A stretch of DNA of 64,000 bases from a bacterium. GTDB taxonomy: Bacteria > SM23-31. The notes below the pieces were generated by a model. That model was not told where the DNA came from. It saw nothing but the letters and a program-made list of their open reading frames with translations, and did not search any database. Below, piece after piece: positions 20,905 to 32,001 of the stretch; position 1 is the stretch's first letter, and the number at the start of each line of letters is the position of its first letter. Both the position numbers and the translations under genes were made by a program. The stretch covers positions 1,440,001 through 1,504,000 of the forward strand of contig OZ252239.1 of assembly GCA_965249485.1 (NCBI GenBank), written 5' to 3'.

Positions 20905-22107
20905 ATGATTGCTCAACATGGCATTATTACACCATCAAAGCGTACAGATCAGGTTACATTTTCTGTAATGGATACCATTGCGAGAGGGCAGGAAGCTCAA
21001 AAACGGGGAGTCGATGTCCTCTATCTTCATATTGGTGATCCGTTAATGTTTGATTTTGACACGCCACCCCACATCATCGAAGCTGTTGAGCGTGCAATGA
21101 GAGATAGAAAAACCGGATACACTGTTTCACCGGGGATCGATGAGGCAATTGAAGCAGTTGAATATTCAGCCGAACAGCGTAAAATAAACTCTGTCAGAGA
21201 TATATTTATTACGAGCGGTGTGACCGAAGCAATAGAATTGTCGATTGCGGCACTGGTTAACGGCGGGGATAACGTTCTTGTGCCTAATCCTTGCTATCCG
21301 CTCTATAATTCAGCACTATACAGGCAGGGTGCGGAGCCGAATCCATATTATCTTGAAGAATCAGATAACTGGCAGCCTGATATTGACGACATACGGTCAA
21401 AGATTGATAAAAAGACACGTGGGATTGTACTAATTTATCCGAATAATCCGACGGGATCGCTCTACTCAAAAGAGACACTACTGAAAATAATTGATCTTGC
21501 TCTTGAACATAATTTGGTCATATTTAGCGATCAGATTTATGATATGCTTCTCTTTGATGATGCCGAACACCATTCGATCGCATCGCTTAATCCCGACGCT
21601 AGTGTCGTTACACTAAACGGTCTCTCAAAAGCCTATATCTCACCCGGTTTCAGACTTGGCTGGGGTATTGTAAGTGGACGGGAAACAGCAGTCAGGGGGT
21701 ATTGTGAAGCAATTGCAAAATTGTTGCGTGCCCGGCTGTGTGCAAACCATCCGGCACAGCATGCAATTAAGCCGGCGATCATGGGTGACCAGTCGCATAT
21801 TGCCGCAAATGTGCATAAACTTGAGCAACGTAGAGATATTACAACAAAAATGCTGAACAGTATTGAGGGTATCAGTTGTGTTTCTCCGGATGGAGCTTTT
21901 TATGCCCTTCCAAAGCTTGAGTTTGATGTAGATGATACAGAGTTTGTCCACCGGCTCATCGATGAAACCGGTGTGATAACACTTCCCGGATCGGGATTCG
22001 GACAGCGAGAGGGTACACACCATTTCAGAGTTGTGTTTTTAGCAAAGGACAACATCCTTGTAAAAGCATATGAGCGGATCGCCGATTTCACACGCCAGTT
22101 TGTATAA
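20905..22107 (+). CDS. PLP-dependent class I/II aminotransferase (AlaA/AlaT-like)
   Basis: IGDP, YPNNPTG, DQIY, NGLSKAYISPGFRLGW (Schiff-base Lys), PGSGFG and HFRVVFL. Confidence 0.9.
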   Translation: MIAQHGIITPSKRTDQVTFSVMDTIARGQEAQKRGVDVLYLHIGDPLMFDFDTPPHIIEAVERAMRDRKTGYTVSPGIDEAIEAVEYSAEQRKINSVRDIFITSGVTEAIELSIAALVNGGDNVLVPNPCYPLYNSALYRQGAEPNPYYLEESDNWQPDIDDIRSKIDKKTRGIVLIYPNNPTGSLYSKETLLKIIDLALEHNLVIFSDQIYDMLLFDDAEHHSIASLNPDASVVTLNGLSKAYISPGFRLGWGIVSGRETAVRGYCEAIAKLLRARLCANHPAQHAIKPAIMGDQSHIAANVHKLEQRRDITTKMLNSIEGISCVSPDGAFYALPKLEFDVDDTEFVHRLIDETGVITLPGSGFGQREGTHHFRVVFLAKDNILVKAYERIADFTRQFV

Positions 22108-22183
22108 TTTGAATCAAAAACATAGATTTAGTGATAGATACATATTGTTTAAAAGGTAGTGAATCATAAGGAGGCGGTGAGTT

Positions 22184-23119
22184 ATGGCACAGATTTATGA
22201 CAGCATTCTCGACACTATCGGCAGGACACCTCTTGTGGGTGTTGATAGACTCATGGGTGATGCACCCGGAATAGTGGTCGCAAAGCTTGAATCATTCAAT
22301 CCGTGTTCAAGCGTAAAAGACAGAATTGGATTAGCAATGATCGATACTGCCGAGCGGGAAGGGCTGATAAACGAGAAATCCACAATAATTGAACCGACAT
22401 CAGGTAATACCGGAATCGCACTAGCGTTTGTCTGTGGAGTGAAAAAACTAGAGCTCATATTAACCATGCCGGAAAGCATGAGCATGGAGAGGAGAGCAAT
22501 TCTTCGTGCACTCGGTGCGAAACTAATTTTGACACCCGCTTCTGAGGGAATGAACGGTGCAATTAAAAGAGCAGAAAAAGAAGCGGAGAAAATTGGAAAT
22601 TCGTTTATTCCACAGCAGTTTAACAATATAGCGAATCCCGAAATTCACAGGAAAACAACAGCCGAAGAGATATGGAACGATACCGATGGCAAAGTCGATT
22701 TTCTCGTTTCGGGTGTCGGAACGGGCGGCACGATAACCGGCGTGTCAGAAGTTATCAAACAGCGGAAACCGGAGTTTAAAGCAATAGCCGTTGAACCGGC
22801 AAACTCACCGGTGATTTCAGGCGGATCGCACTCACCACACAAAATACAGGGTATCGGTGCAGGTTTTATCCCCAATAATTTAAATACAGATATCATTGAT
22901 GAAGTAATTCAGGTCAATGATGAACAGGCATTTACAACAGCGCGTAAATGTGCCCTGATCGAGGGTATTCCCGTCGGTATTTCCTCCGGCGCTGCGCTCT
23001 GGGCTGCACATGAAGTTGCTAAGCGGAAAGAGAATAAAGATAAACTCATTGTCACTATTATCCCGAGTTTTGGTGAGCGGTACCTTTCGACCGATTTATT
23101 CAAAGAATTTATATTTTAA
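22184..23119 (+). CDS. cysK: Cysteine synthase A
   Basis: [50 protein letters not shown]. Confidence 0.95.
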   Translation: MAQIYDSILDTIGRTPLVGVDRLMGDAPGIVVAKLESFNPCSSVKDRIGLAMIDTAEREGLINEKSTIIEPTSGNTGIALAFVCGVKKLELILTMPESMSMERRAILRALGAKLILTPASEGMNGAIKRAEKEAEKIGNSFIPQQFNNIANPEIHRKTTAEEIWNDTDGKVDFLVSGVGTGGTITGVSEVIKQRKPEFKAIAVEPANSPVISGGSHSPHKIQGIGAGFIPNNLNTDIIDEVIQVNDEQAFTTARKCALIEGIPVGISSGAALWAAHEVAKRKENKDKLIVTIIPSFGERYLSTDLFKEFIF

Positions 23120-23195
23120 ATACGATTCTGAAGCAGAATATTGAGAAATTATTCAGATTTAGTATCGTTATACACCCGTTTCCAAGGGGATCAGT

Positions 23196-24131
23196 ATGGT
23201 TGATCAGTTGAAAAAAATGCACAAGCTGACGGAAAAGATCGTCAAAAGCTATGAAACTCATGGCGGTATCAACCGGATAGATGAAGGAAATCTGCCGTCA
23301 CGAGAGAATGTGTTTGGCATTCTGAACGACCTGTTTATTCTGTTGTTTCCCGGTTATTTCGGAAACCAGCAGCTCAATCAGGAGAATATTCATTTTTTCG
23401 TAAATGGCTTGGTCGATTCTCTTTACGTCCGATTGAAGGACGAAATTGAACGTGCGCTTGTCAACGACAACCGGAGACAGGGAAAAGACTGTATTGACTG
23501 CGACGTTGAGGCACGTACGATTACGGAAAATATTTTGCAAGCAATTCCCGATATTCGGAAACGGTTAAAAATGGATGTTAAAGCTGCTTACGAAGGTGAT
23601 CCGGCGGCAAAAAATTACGATGAAATTATCAGTTGTTATCCGGGAGTTGAAGCGATTACGACATACAGGATTGCGCATGAGTTGTTCAAACATTCCGTAC
23701 CGCTGATTCCAAGAATGATAACGGAGAACGCTCACGAGCGGACCGGGATTGACATCCATCCCGGAGCAAATATCGGCGATTTTTTCTTTATCGACCACGG
23801 TACCGGTGTTGTGATCGGTGAAACGACTCGTATCGGGAAGTCTGTTAAAATATATCAAGGTGTCACGCTCGGTGCACTCAGTTTTCGTAAAGATAAAGAG
23901 GGCAACATCGTCAAGGGTGGAAAACGTCATCCGACCATTGCCGATAATGTAGTAATTTACTCAGGTGCTACTATTCTCGGAGGAGATACGGTAATTGGGA
24001 ATGGTGCAGTGATCGGTGCAAACACATGGATTGTAAACTCAGTGCCGCCGGGTACTGTTGTGACTATCACTGTTAACCAGGAAGCAAAAGAAAAACTCTC
24101 ACAAACGAATGCCTATTCTTACGATATTTAG
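23196..24131 (+). CDS. cysE: Serine O-acetyltransferase (EpsC-type)
   Basis: GDPAA, YRIAHEL, TGIDIHPGA, FIDHGTGVVIGET, IYQGVTLG, KRHPT. Confidence 0.92.
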   Translation: MVDQLKKMHKLTEKIVKSYETHGGINRIDEGNLPSRENVFGILNDLFILLFPGYFGNQQLNQENIHFFVNGLVDSLYVRLKDEIERALVNDNRRQGKDCIDCDVEARTITENILQAIPDIRKRLKMDVKAAYEGDPAAKNYDEIISCYPGVEAITTYRIAHELFKHSVPLIPRMITENAHERTGIDIHPGANIGDFFFIDHGTGVVIGETTRIGKSVKIYQGVTLGALSFRKDKEGNIVKGGKRHPTIADNVVIYSGATILGGDTVIGNGAVIGANTWIVNSVPPGTVVTITVNQEAKEKLSQTNAYSYDI

Positions 24132-24270
24132 TTTGTGAGCAGTGAATAATTTCAGTTTGGTGGATTGACTTGTCCAAATGCTTTGTTGACTGTAGTAATT
24201 CTCCCGTTTTAAGTGGTTCAATTATATGATCTTCGCGAACCGGACAGCCGCAAACCAATAGGAAAAATAA

Positions 24271-24711
24271 ATGAAACAAAAATATAGTCTTTTTCTCATT
24301 GTATTATTCGGATTAGGGATTCTATCCTGCGGCAATACAGAACAGGTTTCTGAAACAGCAGTGCTCCACGATGTAACTGTTCAGGAAGTGTGTGCAATGA
24401 TAAATGCCAATCCCGATCTGCTGCTTCTCGATGTCAGATCTCAGCAGGAGTATTCCGGTGAATTGGGACATCTGAAAAATGCTCTGCTGATTCCGGTGAA
24501 TGAACTTGAATCAAGACTCTCAGAGATCAAGGACTATAAAAGTAGTGATATTGTTGTCTACTGTCGGTCCGGCGGCAGAAGTGCACGGGCAGGGATTCTG
24601 CTCGCATCGCAGGGATTTACCAGCGTCTCAAATATGCTTGGAGGTATGCGTGGATGGAATAGTGCTTCATTCGAAGATCTTCCCTGTAAAGAGCTGCTGC
24701 TTGAAAAGTAG
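24271..24711 (+). CDS. Rhodanese-like domain lipoprotein
   Basis: LGILSC lipobox; LLDVR, GHL..A, active-site loop YCRSGGRS, GGMRGW. Confidence 0.85.
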   Translation: MKQKYSLFLIVLFGLGILSCGNTEQVSETAVLHDVTVQEVCAMINANPDLLLLDVRSQQEYSGELGHLKNALLIPVNELESRLSEIKDYKSSDIVVYCRSGGRSARAGILLASQGFTSVSNMLGGMRGWNSASFEDLPCKELLLEK

Positions 24712-24755
24712 TATAATCTTCTCTCAATCAAAATATCAATCCTAAGAATACTTCT

Positions 24756-25956
24756 ATGAAATGGCGTGTCCTTATTATTCTGTCTTTTGCTGAGCTATTA
24801 GGCATGGCAGTCTGGTTTTCAGCTACGGCGGTTGTCCCTTCACTGACAACTGAATGGCAATTAACGGAAGCAGGCAGATCATGGCTCACGATGTCCGTGC
24901 AGGCGGGATTTGTATTCGGGACGCTGCTCAGTGCTTTCCTTCAATCTTTCTGATATTTTTAATGCGCACCATGTGTTTTCTGCAAGTGCACTTCTCTGTG
25001 CTTTGAGCAACGGTGCAATCGGTTTGTTTTCGGACACCATCGAATTTGCCCTCGTATTTCGCTTTCTCACCGGAATATTCCTCGCTGGAGTCTATCCTCC
25101 CGGAATGAAAATAATGGCTACCTGGTTTGAAAAAGGGAGAGGAATGGCGATTGGTGTCCTAGTCGGTGCTTTGACGGTCGGATCGGCTTCACCGCATCTG
25201 ATCAAACTATTCGGTAATCCGGGCTGGCGCGATCTAATGCATACTGCATCTCTATCGTCATTGGCGGCGGCATTGCTGTGCCTGCTCTTTGTAAAAGACG
25301 GCCCATATCTGAAAAAAAGTGCACAATTCGACTGGCGTTATACCGGGAAAATTTTTCGAGACCGTGGGATGCGGCTTGCGAATTTCGGATATCTTGGACA
25401 TATGTGGGAGCTGTACGCAGTATGGGCGTGGATTCCGGTATTTCTGCTGGAAAGTTTTACGTTGTCCGGTATTGAACAAGCCCGTCCGTGGGCTGCATTT
25501 ATGACATTTTCCGTCATCGGAGTCGGTGGTATTGGCAGTGTCATAGCCGGGGTCTATGCCGACAAGTATGGCCGCACAACAATCACAATCATTTCGATGG
25601 TGATAAGTGGTGTGTGTTGTTTAATTGTGGGATTTTTGTTTGGAGGTTCACCGTATGTATTGTCTGCCGTCTGTCTTGTCTGGGGCTTGACAATCGTTGC
25701 AGATTCGGCGCAGTTTTCTGCTGCAATTTCGGAGTTGGCAGATTCGGCGTATGTCGGAACAGCACTGACACTTCAAACATGCCTCGGATTTCTTCTCACT
25801 TTGCTATCGATCCGTATTGTTCCGATTCTCTCAAATGAATTTACCTGGAAATGGGCCTTCGCTTTTCTCGCTATCGGACCTCTATTCGGTATACTCGCAA
25901 TGTACCGGCTAAAGCAACTCCCTGATGCCCGCAAAATTGGCGGTGAGAGCACATAA
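24756..25956 (+). pseudogene. MFS transporter, +1 frameshift near 24938
   Basis: First two TM helices lie in 24756..24953 and the rest in another frame (LAGVYPPGMK, ADKYGR, ADSAQFSA). Removing one C from TTCCTTC joins them. Confidence 0.85.
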
Positions 25957-26032
25957 AAGCATTACTTAATTCTCGCTAAACTGCTCCTGAAAGGCATCGG
26001 GACTACACTTATAACGACAATTAAATTAATTC

Positions 26033-26114
26033 CTAGTCTTCCTCAGAGTGCCGCTTGAGCTTATCGATGACGGATGGATCGGCGAGGGTGCTTGTATTCC
26101 AGAGAATTCGTCCA
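26033..26114 (-). repeat. Diverged direct-repeat copy of the last 82 nt of acs (partner at 27589..27670)
   Basis: Manual alignment gives 71/82 identical. It translates to [26 protein letters not shown], versus acs [26 protein letters not shown]. Confidence 0.9.
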
Positions 26115-26216
26115 GAACATTATTTGCTATTCCTAAAAGATTATGAGTTCAGAATTAATAATCGATCTCATCAAATTTCAATAGTATTGAAATCGGATTA
26201 CCGTTTGGGAAGGGTA

Positions 26217-27533
26217 TTATGTTAACTGAAAAGTTTTTTTGACTACCAATCGGATAAGCAACACAACAGCAATTACGTTAACGATTACAGTGAATGCATT
26301 AAGCAAATCTCCGACGCTCCATAATGTTTCGGCATCAATGAACCCAAATATAATCGCTCCGCAGAATATCCAACGAAATGTTTTTCTGGCATGTGCTCCC
26401 CAGACAAAAGCAAAGCATTGTTCTCCGTAAAAACACCAGGTGATGAGCGTAGTAAATCCAAAGAGGAAAGCAGAAAATAAAATGACTATATTGCCATAGG
26501 TTCCGAAAAATGTTGAAAATGCAGCAATGGTAAGTGCAGTGCTTGTTTCTCCGGACGACCAAACCCCGGTAATGAGAATAATAAACGCAGTCAATGTCAT
26601 CACGAAGGTATCAATTGCTACTCCAAACATACCGATAAGACTTTGTTTGTATGGGTTTCCCTCTTGTGCAGTGCTAAACATAATCGGAGAACTCCCTGTA
26701 CCTGCTTCATTTGAATAAAATCCTCTGCCAACGCCATATCGTATTGCCATTAATACCGATGCTCCAGCAAATCCACCTGTCGCCCCGGCTGGGGTAAACG
26801 CCTTTGTAATAATCATGTGTAACATGTCAATGACTTCATTGCTGTGTGCAATGACGATTGTAGTTCCAGTCACAAAATACAGTATTACCATGAACGGGGT
26901 AAGCTTTTCGAGTGTTCGTGCAATTGATGAAAGCCCGCCCACTGTAACAATCCATGTTAGTAGTGCTAATGCAACACAGAGATAGGGCATTGGAATATTA
27001 AATGTCGAATTAATTGCAAGTGATATGGAATTTGATTGAATGGTAGCAGTTGCCATGATTGTTTTAAATCCCATTGCCAGTGCAAATGTAATAGCCAGCC
27101 ACCGAATTTTTAGCACTTTGTCGATATAATACATGGGGCCACCGGAAAAGGTGCCATCACCGGCTTTTTCCCGGTAGAGGAGTGCAAGCATTGTTTCTGC
27201 ATAGGCTATGACCATGGCAATAATTGTTGCAATCCATAACCAGAAAAGTGCACCAGGTCCGCCAACAGCAATTGCAGTTGCTACACCTGCAATATTTCCA
27301 TTCCCTATAATTCCACCAAGAGCGGAAAAAAGCGATTGCAATGGGGTAATATTACCTTCTCCCGATGCTGTTCTATATGTGTATGCCAGCTTTCCTGAGG
27401 AGAAAAATTGCTTAAACTGCAGCCCTTTTAAGCGAATGGTAAAATAAGCACCGACCAATGTTAAAAAAATTAACATTGGCGGACCCCAGAGCCATGTTGC
27501 CGTATCCCGAATTATGTTTCCGATGTTAAGCAT
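26217..27533 (-). CDS. Alanine/glycine:cation symporter family (AGCS) amino-acid carrier
   Basis: GNGNIAGVATAIAVGGPGALFWLW, GGPMYYI, RGFYSNEAGTGS, IDT, FYGE. Confidence 0.92.
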   Translation of the reverse strand: MLNIGNIIRDTATWLWGPPMLIFLTLVGAYFTIRLKGLQFKQFFSSGKLAYTYRTASGEGNITPLQSLFSALGGIIGNGNIAGVATAIAVGGPGALFWLWIATIIAMVIAYAETMLALLYREKAGDGTFSGGPMYYIDKVLKIRWLAITFALAMGFKTIMATATIQSNSISLAINSTFNIPMPYLCVALALLTWIVTVGGLSSIARTLEKLTPFMVILYFVTGTTIVIAHSNEVIDMLHMIITKAFTPAGATGGFAGASVLMAIRYGVGRGFYSNEAGTGSSPIMFSTAQEGNPYKQSLIGMFGVAIDTFVMTLTAFIILITGVWSSGETSTALTIAAFSTFFGTYGNIVILFSAFLFGFTTLITWCFYGEQCFAFVWGAHARKTFRWIFCGAIIFGFIDAETLWSVGDLLNAFTVIVNVIAVVLLIRLVVKKTFQLT

Positions 27534-27588
27534 TGTGTCGCTATGCTCAATTATTTTGAAAGCTTTGAAATAAAAGTTTTATGCTTTC

Positions 27589-29553
27589 TTAATCTTCCTC
27601 ATAATGCCGCTTGAGTTTGTCGATGACGGATGGATCGGCGAGGGTACTTGTATCCCCGAGAACTCGCCCATCGGCAATGTCTTTCAATAACCGCCGCATG
27701 ATTTTCCCGCTTCGTGTTTTCGGCAGGTCTGCTGAGAAAATTATCTTTTCCGGACGCGCGATAGCACCGATCTTCCGGACAACATGTTCTTTAAGTGCCT
27801 TCTCTTTATTTTTGTCCTGCTCGACGCCTTCTTTCAGTGTCACAAACGCGGCGATTGACTGCCCTTTGATTTCGTGAAAGATTCCGACTGCCGCTGACTC
27901 GGCAACGTCTGGATGATCGACGAATGCGCTTTCGATTTCCATAGTGCTGATGCGGTGTCCCGCAACATTAATCACATCGTCAACCCGTCCGAGTATCCAG
28001 ATATATCCGTCTTCATCCCGTTTGGCGCCGTCTCCGGTAAAATAATATTTGCCGTCGAATTTTTTCCAATATGTATCGTAGTACCGCTCCGGATCACCGT
28101 AGATGGTCCTGATCATTGAAGGCCAGGGCTTGGTGATCGCAAGAAATCCGCCGCCCACCGGTATAGAGTTTCCCTCTTTATCGAGTATGTCAGCTGATAT
28201 GCCGGGCAGCGGAATTGTTGCTGATCCAGGTTTTGTATGTGTCAGACCGGGGAGCGGCGATATGAGTATGCTCCCGGTTTCAGTCTGCCACCACGTATCG
28301 ACGATCGGACAACTCTCGCCGCCAATGTGTTTATGATACCACATCCATGCTTCGGGATTGATCGGCTCACCCACAGTACCGAGAAGACGAAGCGAGGAGA
28401 GGTTGTGTTTCCGCGGCCAATCTTCTCCCCAGCGCATGAACGCCCTGATCGCCGTTGGTGCAGTATAAAAAATTGTAACCCCAAATTCTTCGATGATTGA
28501 CCAAAATCTATCACGGTCCGGCCAGTCCGGCGAACCTTCGTACATCACCAAGGTTGCAGCGTTGGCAAGCGGGCCGTAGGCAATATAACTGTGCCCGGTC
28601 ACCCAGCCGATATCGGCGCTGCACCAGAACACATCTTCCTCTTTCATGTCGAATACATTCTTTGTTGTTGTAGTGACACCGGTCATATACCCGCCGGTTG
28701 TATGGACAATCCCTTTCGGTTTGCCGGTCGTTCCCGATGTGTAGAGGATAAACAGCATGTCTTCGGCGTCCATGTGTTCAGGCTCGCAGTATAGATCGGC
28801 TTCCTGCATGAGCCGGTGATACCAGTGATCGCGTCCTTCCTTGACCCGGAGCATAAAGTCACCCCGCTTCACGATAACAACATGTTCGATTGAGGGCGTA
28901 TTGGCAAGTGCGACATCGGCATCGTGCTTGAGCGGAATAATTCCGCCCCGCCGGTAGCCCCCATCGGCAGTTATGAGAAGTTTCGCCTGTGCATCATTGA
29001 TCCGTTCTTTTAATGCTTCGGGGCTGAAACCAGCAAACACAACCGAATGGACAGCACCGATGCGGGCACATGCCAGCATCGAAATGACAAGCTCGGGTAT
29101 CATCGGAAGGTAAATTGCTACCCTGTCGCCCTTCTGAATACCGAGGTTTTTCAGGGCATTTGCAAATTTGTTAACTTCCCGGTAGAGGTCCCAATACGTC
29201 ATGGTCCGCTTATCTCCGGGTTCACCTTCCCAGATGATTGCTGCTTTGTTCCGGTGGCCGTTCTTAATATGCCGGTCGACACAGTTATAGCTAGCATTGA
29301 GTTTTCCTCCTGAAAACCACTTCACATTCGGTGGATCCCATTCAAGAACGGTGTCCCACTTTTTGAACCAGTCGAGATTTTCGGCACATTTCGCCCAGAA
29401 CGTCTCCGGATCGGCTTCTGCTTCTTTATACAGTATTGGATCGTTTATTACTGCGTTGTCGACAAAATCTTTCGACGGTTCGAAGATCCGTTCTTCTTCA
29501 AGAAGAACATCGATAGTCTGCTCGTTGGGTAGCTTATCTTTTTTTTGTGTCAT
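27589..29553 (-). CDS. acs: Acetate--CoA ligase (AMP-forming acetyl-CoA synthetase)
   Basis: [48 protein letters not shown]. Confidence 0.96.
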   Translation of the reverse strand: MTQKKDKLPNEQTIDVLLEEERIFEPSKDFVDNAVINDPILYKEAEADPETFWAKCAENLDWFKKWDTVLEWDPPNVKWFSGGKLNASYNCVDRHIKNGHRNKAAIIWEGEPGDKRTMTYWDLYREVNKFANALKNLGIQKGDRVAIYLPMIPELVISMLACARIGAVHSVVFAGFSPEALKERINDAQAKLLITADGGYRRGGIIPLKHDADVALANTPSIEHVVIVKRGDFMLRVKEGRDHWYHRLMQEADLYCEPEHMDAEDMLFILYTSGTTGKPKGIVHTTGGYMTGVTTTTKNVFDMKEEDVFWCSADIGWVTGHSYIAYGPLANAATLVMYEGSPDWPDRDRFWSIIEEFGVTIFYTAPTAIRAFMRWGEDWPRKHNLSSLRLLGTVGEPINPEAWMWYHKHIGGESCPIVDTWWQTETGSILISPLPGLTHTKPGSATIPLPGISADILDKEGNSIPVGGGFLAITKPWPSMIRTIYGDPERYYDTYWKKFDGKYYFTGDGAKRDEDGYIWILGRVDDVINVAGHRISTMEIESAFVDHPDVAESAAVGIFHEIKGQSIAAFVTLKEGVEQDKNKEKALKEHVVRKIGAIARPEKIIFSADLPKTRSGKIMRRLLKDIADGRVLGDTSTLADPSVIDKLKRHYEED

Positions 29554-30081
29554 AAAAAATATCCTTCCGGAAAACAGGCACAAAAATCCCTTTTGAACGT
29601 TTCCGGCGACGGAAACAAACCAACGGGTAATGCCTTATGTTTGAAGGTAATTGTTCTCAAAGAAGAAGCATCGGCTGAAGAAATGAGCATAAAAGATCCG
29701 GATCGGTCAAGAAAATCTCCTGATGAATATAAATATTTTTTGCCGTATGCCAAAGAAAATTTTAATTACAGCAGGAAATAGAATTTTGTTCATTGTTGAG
29801 CGAAAAAACAGTTGCCTTTTTCGTTCTAAGGTGTATATTCTTGGAGCATTTCTTTGCTAATTAAACAAGCAGTGCATATATTGAAACATTCAATCAATTT
29901 TCAACCTTCCGCTTGTCTTATTCTTCCGGGACCCCGGTGATTTGTAATGACGATCACTCAGGCAGTAGTAGTGTGAGAAAACCGCTTGGTATTCAGCAAG
30001 GCGCGCGTTGAATATTTTGTACACTTTGTTAATTGAAAAATTTCGAAATTTTTTTGAACCTTTTGAACAGGAGTTACTGCC

Positions 30082-32001
30082 ATTAAATCGTTTCCTATTG
30101 ATCTAAGCTCGTACAGTCCACTTTCGATTGACCTTTCGCAAAGCGAATTAACACCGGAACAAAAATCGCAGTTAGAATCAAATATTTCACTGCTGCGGGA
30201 CTGTATTATATTCTTCACCGCCTATTCAAATGCCCGCGGTTTGGGAGGTCATACAGGCGGTGCATTCGATATTGTACCGGAAGTTCTTATTGCCGATGCA
30301 TTTATACGCGGAGGGAACGTTGTGTATCCGGGATTCTTTGACGAGGCGGGGCACCGTGTGGCGATTCAGTATCTCATGGCTGCCCTTGATGAAAAAAACC
30401 CGGGAATGAAACCGGAAGACCTACTCCACTACCGTGAATATAAATGGGGACTACCCGGCCATCCCGAACGTGACTATAAGCGGGGTATTCAATTCAGTTC
30501 TGGCAGGCTCGGTCATCTATTCGGTTATGTGAACGGTCTCGCAGAGCAAAATCCCGATAAACAGATTGTTTTGTTCGGTTCCGACGGCGCTCAGCAGGAA
30601 GGAAACGATGCTGAATCTGCACGTTATGCTGTTGCAAACAGGCTCAATGTCAATCTCATACTGGACGATAACGATGTCACAATCGAAGGGTATCCGAGTG
30701 AATATCTAAACGGATTCGATCTCGAGAAAACACTTAGCGGGCATGGACTCGACATTGACACCGGTGATGGTGAAAACCTCGATCCCCTCTATTTACGAAT
30801 GCAGAAAGCACTGAACAAAGAAGGTCCGGTAGCCCTTATTAATAAACGGAAAATGGCTCCCGGTGTTGCAGGGCTCGAGGGGACAACAAAGGGACACGAT
30901 GCAATTGCCGCAGCAACAGCACTTGACTACCTGACGAGCAAAAACCAGACAGATGCCGTGGCGGTAATCGAATCTGCTGAAAAGGTCGGATCACCACGAA
31001 CTTTTCTCGGAAGTTCACAGGAGTATAAGAAAAACAGGTCACTATTCGGAGATTATATCAGTGACATTATCGATTCTCTCAGCCCCGAAGAGCAGAAAAA
31101 GAACCTGATTATAAGTAGCGATCTCGGCGGTTCTTGCGGCTTGAATACAATCGGCAAACGCCATCCTAAACTCTATAGGTTGGGTGGTGTTATGGAGCGG
31201 AACAGTTTTGCTACTGCCTCCGGATTTGGTTCGCAAAAAGGTTATCAGGGAATTATGGGTACATTTTCCGCATTCAGTGAAATGGTGATTTCAGAAATCA
31301 GCATGGCACGGTTGAACCACGCAAATGTAATTGCCCACTTCTCCCATGCGGGCATTGATGAAATAGTCGATAACTCCTGCCATTTTGGGATAAACGTATT
31401 CTTCACTGATAACGGATTTGCCGAAGATGATTCAACCCGGCTCTATTTTCCCGCCGATGCATATCAAATGAAGGCAGTTCTGGAGAAAGTTTTTCATGAT
31501 CCCGGACTCCGCTTCATATTTTCAACACGATCGGGCGTCCCGGGAATTCTGAATGAGGAAGGCAGCAATATCTTCGGTCAGGAAAATAATTATGATTTTG
31601 AACCCGGAAAAGATGAAATTATCCGCAAAGGAACTGCCGGGTATGTTATTTCGTATGGTGAGATGCTCTTCAGAGCGCTCGATGCAGTTGAAACTCTCCG
31701 TAAAAAGGGCATTGATGTCGGCCTTGTCAATAAACCAACTCTCAATATTGTTGATGAGGATATAATTCGGAAAGTGGGACAGACGCCGTTTGTACTGGTT
31801 GCCGAAACACAGAATATTAAAACAGGCCTCGGTAGCAAATACGGAAGTTGGCTGCTGGACCGTGGTTATTCACCAGTATATTCATATCTCGGTACTGTAA
31901 GACAGGGAGAAGGTGGTCTGGCCGAGCAGATACCGTATCAGGGTCTCGACTCACACCAGATTGCAGAAAAAGTTGAACAACTTATTGAGAAATCTCGGTA
32001 G
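30082..32001 (+). CDS. Transketolase-like ThDP-dependent enzyme, probable start at ATT 30082
   Basis: GGHTGG, DEAGH, LPGHPE, SSGRLGH, GSDGAQQEGN...DDN ThDP motif, GVMER and TFSAF. The frame is open ~53 codons upstream of the TTG in the ORF track, with AGGAG 8 nt before ATT. Confidence 0.75.
   Translation: MKSFPIDLSSYSPLSIDLSQSELTPEQKSQLESNISLLRDCIIFFTAYSNARGLGGHTGGAFDIVPEVLIADAFIRGGNVVYPGFFDEAGHRVAIQYLMAALDEKNPGMKPEDLLHYREYKWGLPGHPERDYKRGIQFSSGRLGHLFGYVNGLAEQNPDKQIVLFGSDGAQQEGNDAESARYAVANRLNVNLILDDNDVTIEGYPSEYLNGFDLEKTLSGHGLDIDTGDGENLDPLYLRMQKALNKEGPVALINKRKMAPGVAGLEGTTKGHDAIAAATALDYLTSKNQTDAVAVIESAEKVGSPRTFLGSSQEYKKNRSLFGDYISDIIDSLSPEEQKKNLIISSDLGGSCGLNTIGKRHPKLYRLGGVMERNSFATASGFGSQKGYQGIMGTFSAFSEMVISEISMARLNHANVIAHFSHAGIDEIVDNSCHFGINVFFTDNGFAEDDSTRLYFPADAYQMKAVLEKVFHDPGLRFIFSTRSGVPGILNEEGSNIFGQENNYDFEPGKDEIIRKGTAGYVISYGEMLFRALDAVETLRKKGIDVGLVNKPTLNIVDEDIIRKVGQTPFVLVAETQNIKTGLGSKYGSWLLDRGYSPVYSYLGTVRQGEGGLAEQIPYQGLDSHQIAEKVEQLIEKSR

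Noticed and set aside
26114..27589. Calling the symporter segment an active mobile element
   Set aside because: No integrase, transposase or terminal inverted repeats; only the diverged direct repeat is supported.
29550..29781. Small ORFs upstream of acs
   Set aside because: No motif and no clear RBS; opposite-strand ORFs overlap each other. Treated as intergenic.
29810..30070. Riboswitch in the long leader of the transketolase-like gene
   Set aside because: Small hairpins exist, but I could not find TPP or other known aptamer consensus elements by eye. An Rfam scan would settle it.
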